A stretch of 63,739 bases of DNA, filler included, from Neolecta irregularis DAH-3 (lineage: Eukaryota): NCBI GenBank assembly GCA_001929475.1. It is 13 parts of 13 records of this genome, joined end to end, with 100 filler letters (N's around TTAATTAATTAA, not from the genome) between each part and the next. Parts side by side here need not be neighbours in the genome. Positions count along the whole stretch, not along the records: positions 23,702 to 25,622 come from LXFE01003274.1; positions 25,723 to 53,665 come from LXFE01000350.1; 11 more parts are not named here. The stretch is one strand, 5' to 3'. Each line of letters opens with the position of its first letter. Position 1 is the stretch's first letter. Shown one piece after another: positions 24,910 to 36,909 of the stretch. A program made the translations under genes and the position numbers. The notes beneath the pieces were generated by a model. The model worked only from the letters and a program-made list of their open reading frames with translations, did no database searches and was not told the origin of the DNA.

Positions 24910-25622
24910 TCATTCTGCAGAGTCGACGTCGCAGTCTGAGACGTCGCAGTCGCAGTCGCAGTCGCAGTCGAGGGCGGGGGCGTCGCTGAGGGTCAGCAGC
25001 GGGTATCTGTGGTCGAGCTGCGGGTCAGCCAGCGGGGCAGCAGGGCGCACCAGGGCGACGCGGCGGCGGAAGTCGCGCCAGTCGTGCAGAGAGGTGATGA
25101 GGAAGGCGACGAGCATGCTGGGGTCCATTTCGTGGAGGCGCAGCCTGCGCAGGCGGCGCGGGTGGCACGAGGCGAGCTCGGCGGCGGTGTATGCGGCAGG
25201 GTCGGGCTTCCAGGGCAGCGCGGGCTGGCAGTGGTGCGGGTCGAGATAGTACAGGTAGTCCGCCTGCGTGGCTACAAAGTAGTGCGCGGAGCCGGGGCGG
25301 CCGCTGGGGTCAGCTGCGATCTAGGGCGAAGGTACCCGGCGATGCCGATGGCCTGGGGCAGGCGCAGGCATTGCTGGGGTTAGCGGGGAGGAGGGGGAGG
25401 GGTACCTTGGGTTAGCGGGGAGGAGGGGGAGAGTACCTGAGTACCTTGAGGGGTTCGTGGTAGACGGGCGTGATGGTGTGCGGGCCGAGGCGGTGGCCGA
25501 CGAGGATGAGCGTGGGGCGGAAGGTGTCGGGAGGGATCGAGTTGGGTCTCTCGGGCTGATCCTCGGGCTGATCCTTAGGCAGTCCCTCGGGCAGTCCCTC
25601 GGGCTGATCCTCAGGCAGAGGC
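24910..25622 (-). CDS. ATG4: Cysteine protease Atg4, C-terminal half (5' end in gap)
   Basis: FRPTLILVGHRLG, GIAG/GRPGSAHYFV..Q.DYLYYLDPH, SCH.RRLRRL...EMDPSMLVAFL; introns 25444-25374 and 25335-25304. Confidence 0.93.
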
Positions 25623-26102
25623 NNNNNNNNNNNNNNNNNNNNNNNNNNNNNNNNNNNNNNNNNNNNTTAATTAATTAANNNNNNNNNNNNNNNNNNNNNN
25701 NNNNNNNNNNNNNNNNNNNNNNGATACTGCTCCGTTACCGTTTCTAGATTTGAATTATTAGGGTGCGTTCGCTAGCCACCATTTTAACTGAAAATTATGC
25801 ATGATATTAGGTAATTTTGACAAATTCCAACTTTTTTTAGTACGCCCCAGCTCACCAATATATTCACCACTCTAAAACCACAACAATCGCGACAAACTTG
25901 AGCTACGGCCTGCACGTGTCACGTCATTCCCTCATCAAATCGAAGTAAATAATCTGTCTGCTGGATTAAAGCTTCATCCATTCTCTTGGATGATTGGTCA
26001 GATTTACCATCTGCAGATGCGTGATTTCATCATGTGATTCGGTAGCAGTTATGGTATCAGTGACCCGACCCAAATGAAACGACCAATACACGAGAAGGGT
26101 TA

Positions 26103-26845
26103 TCAGATTTGGGCCTTGTATGGCAAAGTAATACGAATTGGACTGATTCGAATAATGATTTTTGGGCCCGTACAACTTGAGAAAGATCTACACAAGCTGA
26201 TCAAAGTAGAAGTTTTAGGATATGGAAGGGTCCATGACTTGAGTGCCGATATGATGAGTGACTGTTGATCGAGATTATGCCATAGCAAAGCTTGTGTTAG
26301 AACACTCGGGGATCTAGGCCCGAAATCTGTCTCTGGTAGTGTAGCACTATCTTCGCAAAACGAAATAAAATTGCCGCAAATCTCTTTTTCTTTGGGACCA
26401 TCGAGTGACTGGTAAACTGTTTGTTTGCCTAATTTACCCAACCAGAATCAAGGGGTAATTATGGAAAAGGTTATAGAATTTCGGAAACAGGGGTCACAAA
26501 ATCGTATCCACAGATGACCCCAGAACATAAGATGAATTTACAAATCTCGCCTTCATCCTTAAATAGCGACCGTAACTGATTGATCGGTTCATCCAAGTAT
26601 GTTAGGCTATTTACGATTTCTGGCACTGTATGACCAAAGTGGTAGCAGTAGAGGTCTATTTTGACATATGTCAAAAGGAAAGAATGGCAGGAATATAGGG
26701 TATTGACACATTGTGCAGCAGAAACTTCTTCCGGGGTTTCCGCTTGAAAGTTTTCCATACTCTCGTCGCAGATCGTCGTAAAATGAACAGCGGTGTTTCG
26801 CCAGTTATTATACACAGCTTCTGTTGAATTACTAGGTCCCAGCAT
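26103..26845 (-). CDS. Hypothetical multi-exon protein
   Basis: Consecutive same-strand ORFs of 124 and 112 aa separated by intron-sized gaps; no family recognised. Confidence 0.3.
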
Positions 26846-26900
26846 AAGCAGTAATATTGACTTGTCTCTATCGTCCCTTCGTTTCCAAGTACCAACCCCA

Positions 26901-28551
26901 TTAGCATGATCGATAAAGCCCTACTTGGACACCACGTCCACTGCTCAGAGTGATTCCTTTCTTCAGCACACGTGGTTCAAAATCACGCTGTTCGATTGTA
27001 TCAAAAGTCTGTAGCATTCTGACCAAGAGATAACCCATCTCCGTTAAGGCAAATTGTTGGCCAAGACAAATTCTTGGTCCGGCACTGAGATAGTAAGCAT
27101 ATGGCATGACAAACCAGGTTTTCTCTGAAACTTACTTGAAAGGAAGATAGATCCATGAAGTAGACGTTGAGGAGTTGAGCCAACGCTCGGGCCGGAAAAT
27201 ACTCGCATCAGGACCCCAAAGGTCCTCGCGCGTATGCATCGTATGGATGGTAAAGTTGATAGTAGTGCCTTTTGGGCAGATTACTGGTTCATTGCCATCT
27301 GGACCGCCTCCTCGAGGCAGAGTCGTTTCTTTCATTGAGGCTCGAACATTATGAGGAACAGAAGGATATAATCTCAATGCTTTGTAGATGAACACCACAT
27401 CTTTGAAAGAGAGAGCTTACTCTCGCTGATCACGGCCTGTAAATACTTCATTGATTTAAGATTATCAAAAGTAGGCTTTTGACCACGTAATTTCGAGACT
27501 TCGTTTCTCAGTAGTGTCCATATAGGTTGGCTACGAGCAAGCTCGTAAAACGTCCAACTTAATGCGGTGGCAGTTGTATCTCGTCCTGCGAGAAGTAGGC
27601 TCATAATTTGATCGCGGATAACTTTATGATCTGTAGTATATTCACAAAGCGCAGCAGTGAAATGATAAGAGTTGTCGTTATTTGATCCCCTGCCGAGTTT
27701 GATTGATTCCTCGATGTAGGGTTTCAAAAAGTCTTCCAGCTAGTACAGTCAGGCGAGATACTATGAGCCGAACCTTGTCAAGATTTTTCCTGTAGCCAAC
27801 TGTAGATGCGAGAAAGTAGAGGCGACCGAGACTGGCTCTACGAGCTGTAGTTAGCTGAACTGCATCAAATACAACAGCAAATTCATTCTGCGCAAATCAG
27901 CAGAGATGCTGGATTCTCTGTATGTACCTCGTCATTTTTCAAACTTCCAACACTGTCACCCGTAAGATACTCGGTAATAATATCCAACGCTAGTCTCATA
28001 AACAAGCCAAGTAAATCGACAGTTTCGCCATCCGGTATATGATTCAGCAACAGTTGAAAATGTCGTTCAAAGAAATCCAAATGCGATATTCGTTCGCGCG
28101 CGAATAGAGGTCGAAGAAGGTGACGAGCCGATTGCCATACTATTTTATCGGCATTAAAAATCCCATCTCCGAGAAACGGGTAAAAAGCAGCATTAAAAGC
28201 AGGTCCTTTTCCAAAATCATCGTATTGGGTCGCAAGCATAGCCTTGATCTAGAGAAATAAGTCTAAAGAATCTAAATATCCCACGTTTTCTGGATCATCT
28301 GTAAAATAAAAGTCGATACCGAGCGCCCTGAGATTAAAAGTATGTCCATATTCCGAGTAAAGACTCTGCATGGTTTCGTAGAACGTATCGTCGTATAGCG
28401 ACCGATAAAACCTGTATAAACCGTCTAGGCCCAAAGGATATCTATTTCGATATCTTGGAAGATCAAGTGCCGTGACCTTGCGTCGAGATAAGCCACGACT
28501 AAACCAAATGAACCAAGTTAAGCATAGAACGGCACATATGGTGATAAGCAT
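26901..28551 (-). CDS. Cytochrome P450, CYP52-clan (alkane/fatty-acid hydroxylase-like)
   Basis: N-terminal anchor, LGDGIFNAD, LLAGRDTTA, ESLRLYP, LPRGGGPDG, FRPERW, YLPF/SAGPRICLGQQFA. Confidence 0.95.
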
Positions 28552-28811
28552 GATAATCGGATGAGAGAGAGGTGGAGCTACGCCCTAAATACCATCGAGG
28601 AGTCGATGATTCAGGGTTCTAGAACGGCAGAAGGGTCGTACAATGTTTGTAAACCATGATAAGACGTTCTAGAAACAGCTTTTTACTTGATCTTTGGCTT
28701 CTAGGCTTTCCTAGAAAGACCAGATCTCGTCAGTTCTTGATAGCGATAAAACAAGCACAAGGAGCACCGTTAAACCAGTCGGAAGCCTGGCGATAGAGAA
28801 TCAAGAGTTTA

Positions 28812-29501
28812 TTAATCGAGGTCATCGTCCGAATATATGCCAAGCAAAGCGCTGAGCCCGCTGGAAGGTGTCTTTACATCAGAATTCTGCAGAGGACTCT
28901 CAGTGTTATCAGCTTCCTTCTGTGATGTTGCCTTTCGCTTCTTTACAATCAGGCCTTCTAGACCCACCGCTATTTTCCTCTTTCCGGTATTCTTCGTCCT
29001 TGATATATCCGCCGGTTCTGGCGACTTAAGTTCGTTTGTAGAACTCTTCAATTCCACTTGATCGCGAGCCCTCATGTATCAACGATTCGATCCAGTCAGT
29101 ACGAACAAACCGACGAAACGAATCCAGAGCAGACTCTTCTTCCTTCATCTGTTCTGCCTTGGCCGCTTTTTGTTTCTCATTGATGGAATCAAGAAAATCA
29201 ACTTCGTCATCGTCCAGACGTTTGACTAAATGCTCTGCCGGTCAGTCAGCCAGACCCCATGCATGTTGAAAGAAGAAACATGCGAGTCGCAAATGCCAAG
29301 TATTGAGAAATATAACCTACTGAATCGCATGGCCTCTGCCATTTCCTCATCCTTTTGTAACTGATTTAAACGCAACTGGTCATAGAGACTAAGCCTTTCG
29401 CTCTGTTTTTGAGCATTAATTTTTTCTTCCTCCTTCTTTTCGAACGATTCCACGTTCGACCGTGCACGGTCCCAAGCATTCTGTTCATTTGTGGACGTCA
29501 T
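28812..29501 (-). CDS. FYV6: FAM192A/Fyv6 splicing factor
   Basis: SLYDQL..NQ..KDEE..E..RF/KHLVKRLDDDEVDFLDS; ends LSALLGIYSDDD. Confidence 0.85.
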
Positions 29502-29755
29502 TCTGGAGGATGGGAGTGAGATCGCAAGTATATTCAGTTATGAGTGCAGGTTGCAGATGTCCCAAAGTGGTCGCACAAAATTCTCGAGTGGTTTGCGGAA
29601 GGCAAAAACGATAATCTTTAGGACTGGATCACTTTCTTTGGAAGCCAATTTGACATCTAAATATTCAGGCCGCTCGTTTCTAAAACCTGACCATAAATCA
29701 CGTGCGCCATTTCGCCGATAAAAATTCTTATCGTACACACCGACGAGTCTCCATT

Positions 29756-31893
29756 ATGCCGCCGATTGCACCTGAACGACTATTTGGTAAGAAACGCAAA
29801 TCGGCCCATCTTGAACCAGACTCAAATGGTCATAAGTCTGTGAAATTGGATGAACTCTCATGGAAATCGATATCAATGCCCGATAGAATGGATGATGTTG
29901 AAGGGTTCATGGAACTTGAGGAAATCGATGATGTTGCTGTACATTTCGAAGATGTTAAAGGAGGGCGGAAGGCAATTTATATGGTACCTATTGACTGCGG
30001 TTCATGGTTCATGTCTAGCCAGTGAAGACACCAAATGGGAAGAAGACAACGGAGAAACTTACGAAGAAAAATACAGAACGTAATTCAGCACTTCGGAAAC
30101 AGAAACGTACGATAGAAAGGCAAGTTATCAGAGAAGAACGCACTTCAGGCCTAAAGGTATCAAATTGCTTTAGTTCGCTACCCAAAGATCACAGTATCAT
30201 CCATTCCTTTACATTTTATTAACTACCAGCAATCCCCCTTCTTCCTAATTGGTCAAGCATCTCGCTTCATTCCACTCTCCTTGCTGCGCTTCATGCCTTA
30301 GCTTTCAAAACACCGACTTCCATTCAAAAACTTTCAATCCCACAAATACAGGCTGGCCACTCCCTTATTGGTAAAGCTTCAACAGGCAGCGGGAAAACCC
30401 TCGCTTTCGCCCTTCCAATCCTTGACTCGATCATTTCTTCGCCTCATAAGTCGCCGGCTGCGTTGATTATTGCCCCTACCAGAGAACTTGCAAAGCAGAT
30501 ATATGAACATATCGAAGAAGTTGCAAAATATTCCGCTATCACAAGCATTTGTATTACAGGTGGTCTCAGTATTCAGAAACAACGCCGGATATTATCAAAG
30601 AACCCCAACATTATCATTGCTACTCCAGGACGTCTATGGGAAGTGATAAACGACGGAGAGGGCACGATCTCACAATTTTCCAACGTAAGATTCTTAGTTC
30701 TGGACGAAGCGGATCGTCTTCTTCAAGACGGTCATTTCAAAGAGGTTGAGGAAATTTTGAATGTCTTGAAGGGAGAAAGGCAGACTTTAATATTCTCGGC
30801 AACATTACGGAAAGAATTGTTGGGCAGTTTGAGCAGTTTCAAGAATAATCCAGCTGGAAAAGAAGGGACTTTGGGTATAATTACTTATGCTTGTGTTGGC
30901 TTATATTCAGAATATCTATTGCAAAAACTGGATTTTAAAGAGACCCCTAAATTTGTCGACGCGAATCCTACTGAATCTCTCGCGAAAGAAATCACTGAAG
31001 GAGTTATTGAGTGTGGGAACCTAGAGAAGGCATATATCCATCTCGCTAGATCACCTGATTGATATCTAGGATCTCTACCTATATTACTTTCTCCTTCGAT
31101 ACCCAGCCCGCTCCCTCGTTTTCACAAACAGTATTCATAGCGTCCGCCGTCTAGTCTCTCTCATACAAAACCTTAACCTCCCCGCAATCGGATTACACAG
31201 TCAAATGATCCAGAAACAACGTATGCGCTCACTTGAAAAATTTAAAGAACGGAACTCCTCGATTCTGATTGCAACCGATGTAGCTGCAAGAGGACTTGAC
31301 GTCTCGAATATTCAACATGTGATACATTATCATATACCTAGAAGCACGGATATGTATATCCATAGGTCGGGTCGTACCGCTCGAGCGAGTGAGCTGGGAT
31401 TGAGCGTAATGCTTGCTTCAGCTAATGAGATGTCCTCTCTTGCGAAGATGATGGGTAAACTCGACCGGAAATTGAGGGATGTTAGAACATTCCCGGTCGA
31501 TCGGAGTATCATTAATAAAATTAAAAGAAGGGTTGAGCTAGCAAAGAAGCTTTCTGATGAGACTTTATCTCAAAATAGGCAATCTTCGAAGAATAACTTT
31601 TTGAAAGAAGCTGCCGAGGATTTGGGTATTAATTTGAAAGAACTCGATCCGTGAGTTCAACCAATTTAACGACATATATAACTGGTAGAATGAAGAAGGG
31701 AGCGTCTAAATCAGAGATTGGGCGATACAAAGCTGAGTTGGCTGGGCTGTTGACTGTTTCGATTACGCCAGATTTAAGCTTGAAATATCTTACCAGCGGA
31801 TCAGTGAATTTGGGCGAAATTTTAAGTCGAGGGGAAGGATTGGTTGGGTTTCTTGGATTTAAAGCAGAGGATGCACGTAAAGTAATTGGTTAA
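29756..31893 (+). CDS. MAK5: DEAD-box RNA helicase Mak5/DDX24
   Basis: GFMELEEIDDV, ASTGSGKTLAF, PTRELA, DEAD, FSAT, EK/DLYLYYFLLRYP, TDVAARGLD, HRSGRTARA. Confidence 0.95.
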
Positions 31894-31944
31894 TCCGAGA
31901 TTTTTCACAATGGCTGGACCAATAAACTGTAATTGGAGAACTAT

Positions 31945-32256
31945 TGTAAGAACATAGGTTCTTACAGATGACGTGGATATGTTATTAGTTTAACGGTCAT
32001 TTAAGGAACTCTATAATAGAGGTGGGTTACGGCGACATAACCAAGTTCACTTACCTTGGTTAGGTATACTCATGTATATAGAAGTTCACTTACCTTGGTT
32101 AGAATATATACTGGGTCTTATTTGTAAGAGTGAGACCTCAGTACGAATAAGACTAGGATATATTTCTAGCTTAAGATATGAGAGTCTTCAACGGGGACAT
32201 ACCTAGCTTAAGATATGAGAGTCTTAGCTAGATAGTCCATATCCGCTTCCCTTACA
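31945..32256. mobile_element. Nested or inverted copies of the short LTR-like family
   Basis: 32123-32256 runs tgtaag...cttaca with gtacgaataagactagg; 31945-32122 has the inverted motif (ctgggtcttatt, ccaagttcactt). Confidence 0.5.
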
Positions 32257-32896
32257 TACTATACATAACTCCTTAAAATATTGCAACGTTCCTGCACGAT
32301 ATCCTTGTTTCATCCTTTTCCTGCATTTAAGGTATACAAATATGTATACCCCTTTTCTATGTTATGCGTGTGAGGTATACCAAACGGTATACCCTTACAT
32401 TATTCGTACTTCAGGCAAACACTTTCAACTATTGTCGACGGTCATGAGCTGGTGACATCATGAGATGCCATGCCTTCTGTTTCACGATTGCCACAATGTT
32501 CAGGGATATGATCACACTTTGCATCAGCAAGAATAATTTCGTCGCTGTAGCGGATGGCAATACATCTTGCTTCTCACTTATGATCATAAAAGTTTATTAA
32601 ACCATTTTTAGTCCATATACTTGTATATAATGGCTTATCCAGGTTTCTTTATCCAACCTCCTGGATCTCACTAATAAAGACAAGTTCTCGGTTCACAACA
32701 AATGAGGTAGATTGAATAAAACAAAGACCGTTTCCTTACTACATATGTTTGCCGTTTTTTCAGTCTATTTTTATAAGGGCCCAATAGCTTCCAGATTCCG
32801 ATGTTTTAGCGGCTAGAATCATTTCGATGATTGATCGACTTCACTCGATGATTAACCTCACATTCCACATCACAATTTACCACCAATTGACCACAA

Positions 32897-34769
32897 ATGG
32901 ATGCAAATGAATACGAGCTGGAGCGCCAGCGGAACATCCAGCGAAACCAGGAATTGCTCCAGTAAGCGTCATTCATTTTGGCTTCTTACCTTTCCAAGAC
33001 GCCTCGATCTGGGAGTTGCCGTCAAGTCTCCTCGGACTGCCTCCCCAAAACCAAGTCAACCAAAACCGAAAAAGAAGCAGATAGAAAGGCGGAAAAGTGG
33101 GCGTCTTCATCGCCCAGTAGTACAGGCGTCACGCGCTCTCCTCGATCTGAGAGTTGCCGTCAAGTCTCGTCGGACTCCCTCCCGAAAACCACGACAACCA
33201 AAACCGAAAAAGAAGGAGATAGAAAGGTGGAAAAGTGAGCGTCTTCATGGCCCAAAAGTACAGACGTCACGCACTCTTCGTTCCAGCTCTCGATTGCAAG
33301 ATATCGAAGCGTATTCTGTTGTAGCGAAGCGCAAGGCCGAGACGGAAGGGGATGTCCCCGTTCAAGCCAATAGGCCCAAAAGGCGAAGGATTGAAGGCGA
33401 TCTTCTACTCAAGAATATCATGCAAGTTGGAAAAGATGGTCGCGGATTAGATGAACTGTGGAAGGATGCCGAGAGTATTCTCAACCATGTTACAGGAACA
33501 CAGAATGCCTTGCAATACATCAATTGCTCTGAAACAGATAATTCTGCTGCGAGGGATCTTGCGACAATTCGTAAAGCAATGGGCAAATTACGTCTGTTCG
33601 ATAAATGGACCCCCAATGAAATTAAAATTACCCCGGATCGGATCTATTCATTACAGATGTTCCCTACCCCTGATCGACGGATAGTATTGGCTGGAGACAA
33701 ACTTGGAAATCTAGGAATATGGGATGTTGATGGGTCACGCTCAGATCCTGACAATGAAGATGACGAGAAGGCCACGGAATTACCTCTTATTCACCAATTT
33801 AAACTTCATGCCTCTACTATTTCGTCTTTTGTAAATGATCCTCATTCTATTCAGAAGTTGTATACCGCCAGCTATGATTCTACGATACGGTCCCTCGATC
33901 TTGTGACGGGGGTGTCCACTGAAATTTACGTACCGGAACTTGAGGATGGGGAAGCTTGGGGACCATTATTAAGTGGCGTTGAGCTGTACCCGAATGGCAA
34001 TATCATGATTTTCTCCAATACTAATGGTAGTGTAAGTATTTTTTATTTGAAGACAACTCAAGACTTTAGATTGGTCGTCGTGATCTTCGACAACCTCCAG
34101 CTTCGACAAATTTGTATGATCTTCACGAAGCAAAAATTGGTGGCATTTCATTACATCCACTGGCGCCTCATCTCCTCGTTACATCATCCTTAGACCGAAC
34201 CATGAAATTATGGGATCTCCGAAAAATATCAGGGTCCAAATCCTGGAAATCGTCTTCCTCGATTGGGGAGTATAATTCGCCATTGAGTGTCAGTTGTGCA
34301 TACTGGAATAAAGACACTATTGTAGCAACCAGTTATGATGATACCATTAGGATCTTTCCTCATCAGAACTCAGTCCAATGGCCCGTCGACCATGATCTTG
34401 GGATAATGAAGCCGGAATATACCATAAAACACGATAATCAAACTGGAAGGTATTTTTCTGTCAGAAACTTTGCTAAATGACAAGATGGGTCACAATATTT
34501 CGGGCACGCTGGCACCAGAATCCAGCAAGTGGACTTCAAAAATTTGTAGTCGGAAATATGAAAAGGTCAATCGACATATACTCAGACACTGGGGATCTTC
34601 TCGCACAACTCTCCGATCCTGAGAAAATAACAGCCGTGCCAGCTGTTTGTCAAGTATGGGAGATTTCTACTGGCTTAAGCTCATATCTCAGTTTCATCCC
34701 ACGCAAGAATGGCTCGCAGGAGGAACGGCTTCTGGGAAGATATGCGCATTTTTCCCATCAAATGATTGA
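32897..34769 (+). CDS. CMR1: WD40 DNA-damage-binding protein Cmr1/WDR76
   Basis: MDANEYELERQRNIQRNQELL, IKITPDRIYS, AGDKLGNLGIWD, HDNQTG/RWVTI, TAVPAVCQ/FHPTQEWLAGGTASGKI. Confidence 0.95.
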
Positions 34770-35109
34770 GCTTCATTGGATATGCCCAAGACCATGATAC
34801 ACAAGCAACAGTGCTACGTATCCCACGCTCGTATTTCGGCATATGATTTATATATGGGTATATAGGGTATTTCATGTATCTCATTATTGGGGGCAGTATA
34901 CTAATTGTATCTGTACTTTTCGTCTTTCTCATTTTTGCGTTGCCTTTGCCAAGGTATCCATAACCTGTAGATGGTGTTACACAGATATCGGTAGTATACA
35001 TTCACAAGCTAAGAATTGCGGAACTATACCTTGGGGTTCGACCAAGCTGCATAGCTTGATTATCGCTCTTAACCCAGTTCTTGTGTTCTAAAGCAAGAGA
35101 GTCAAATCT

Positions 35110-35469
35110 AACGTATAAATGCTATATATGTCTTTCTATGCTAAGCGCTATCTATCGAAGATGGACTTAAGAGTTCGTTAACCGACAAGTAAATCCAAAT
35201 AAATAATAACATCGATAATATTAGGGATACCCGCATTCCACTTGAACTGTGTTATTTTAATTCAAAGACTCATTGATTGTAAGGGTATATCCCGGGTATT
35301 ACCTGGATATAGTCCCAATACATCAAGTAGCGGAGAAAGAAATAAGACACTAGATAGAAATGTATATAAAGGCTTCGTGCACATATCTTAGTCTAAGCTT
35401 ACACATCTAGAAGCTTTAGATTAAGTAAATTTAACCTGATCTTATTGTACTCGAGCTTCAACACTTACG
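35110..35469 (-). mobile_element. Degenerate LTR-like repeat (left end approximate)
   Basis: Reverse strand cgtaagtgttgaagctcgagtacaataagat...ttatttctttctccgctacttg, shared with the 16317 and 54132 copies. Confidence 0.5.
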
Positions 35470-35927
35470 TTGATCCTCCTTGTCTTGATTACTTCCTTCC
35501 ATATTTCCAAGTCTCCATTTTAAACATCCCAGATGCACGGTCTGCAGCCATTTCCACTGCACTAATTCGGTAGGCAGTCTATCTCGTTTGATAACAAGGT
35601 CTCTTCTTCGTTCTTTCCAGGATTTTAGTGAAGAGATGGAGTATCTGGGGAAGTAAGACTGTTGGATTTTTTGGCTGCAGAGATTGTGTTCAGAAGGGTT
35701 GGAATTATGGGATTCTGAGAATTTGGAGGCATGCGACAGAGTTGGTATTATTTCTTGGTTACTGTTGATGATGAAGTTAAATATAGGAACTAGGAGACTC
35801 TAGATTTTTTAAGCGTTAGTAACTTCGGCGTCACGTCATTTTTTGAATATATGCTTCGACAAACATCAAATTCGTAGTTTCAATAACCATCAAGACCTAC
35901 ACACCTCCACAACAAATCGCATTCATC

Positions 35928-36366
35928 ATGTCCCCATCTCCCTCTGCAGAAGAGCGGAAACCAGCATCCGATAATCAGTCAATCAATCTCAGGGTAACTA
36001 TATTCTACAACAAATGTCAGAGTTGACATTTTAGGTGGTCGACGCGGTATTATCCGTTTCGTGCTCTAAAGTCTTCTAACCCTCAGAACCATCAAGAAGT
36101 TGCCTTCAAAATCAAACGACATACGCCAATGAAAAAGCTGATGAACGCGTATTGCCAGAAACAAGGAAAGGCTCTTGACTCCGTCCGGTTCATCGCGGAT
36201 GGTACGAGAATCAACCCTGAAGATACCCCCGACTCTGTAAGTTGACTCTTCAATCTTAAAAGACTTGTCACAAATACTAACCGTACAGCTTGAATTAGAA
36301 GAAGATGATATGATACAAGTGGAAGTGATGCAAATCGGAGGTTCTACAATGAAATCTCTGAAATAA
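35928..36366 (+). CDS. SMT3: SUMO (small ubiquitin-like modifier)
   Basis: Four exons including a 12-nt micro-exon (36035-36046): INLR/VVDA/NHQEVAFKIKRHTPMKKLMNAYC.KQGK..DSVRF..DG.RI....TPDS/LELEEDD.IQV...QIGG-STMKSLK; absent from the ORF track. Confidence 0.95.
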
Positions 36367-36909
36367 AAAGATTTCAAATGTGTCTGGAGTTCCTTTCTTC
36401 TTAGAAAAATAGCATTATGAGCCTGGATACTCGAGCTGCATCGCTTACGATGAGGGATTATTCGGTTATACTTTATTGCTTCTCAGAAAAATGTATATCT
36501 TGTTGATTCAGTGAAGTCCCTCGCCACATCGATCTCGACATTGTCTTGGCTATTCATTGAAGCCATTTATGCCCATCATCACAGACTGATGAGATCTATC
36601 TTAGTTTTTTGTGAACTTTAACCTTTGGATCCTGATAATTTGAGAAAAATGTTTCGCTGAGTTCAATGTGGTTAAAAATAGTGATTTGATTTTAAAATAT
36701 ATTTTTTAGAACATCAACCGTGTCGCTATCTTATGGGCTAGCTTTTCTATAAGTAGGGCATATCTTGATATCGCCCTCCCTGCTATATCGTTCTGCAGAG
36801 AGAACAATCGGGTAATCACCCTGTTTTCCCTTCAGTGCAAACAAACACGTTCCGATAACCCTTTCAGTCCATCTCACGAAACACCAATTCAAATTGATAC
36901 TTTGCAAAA

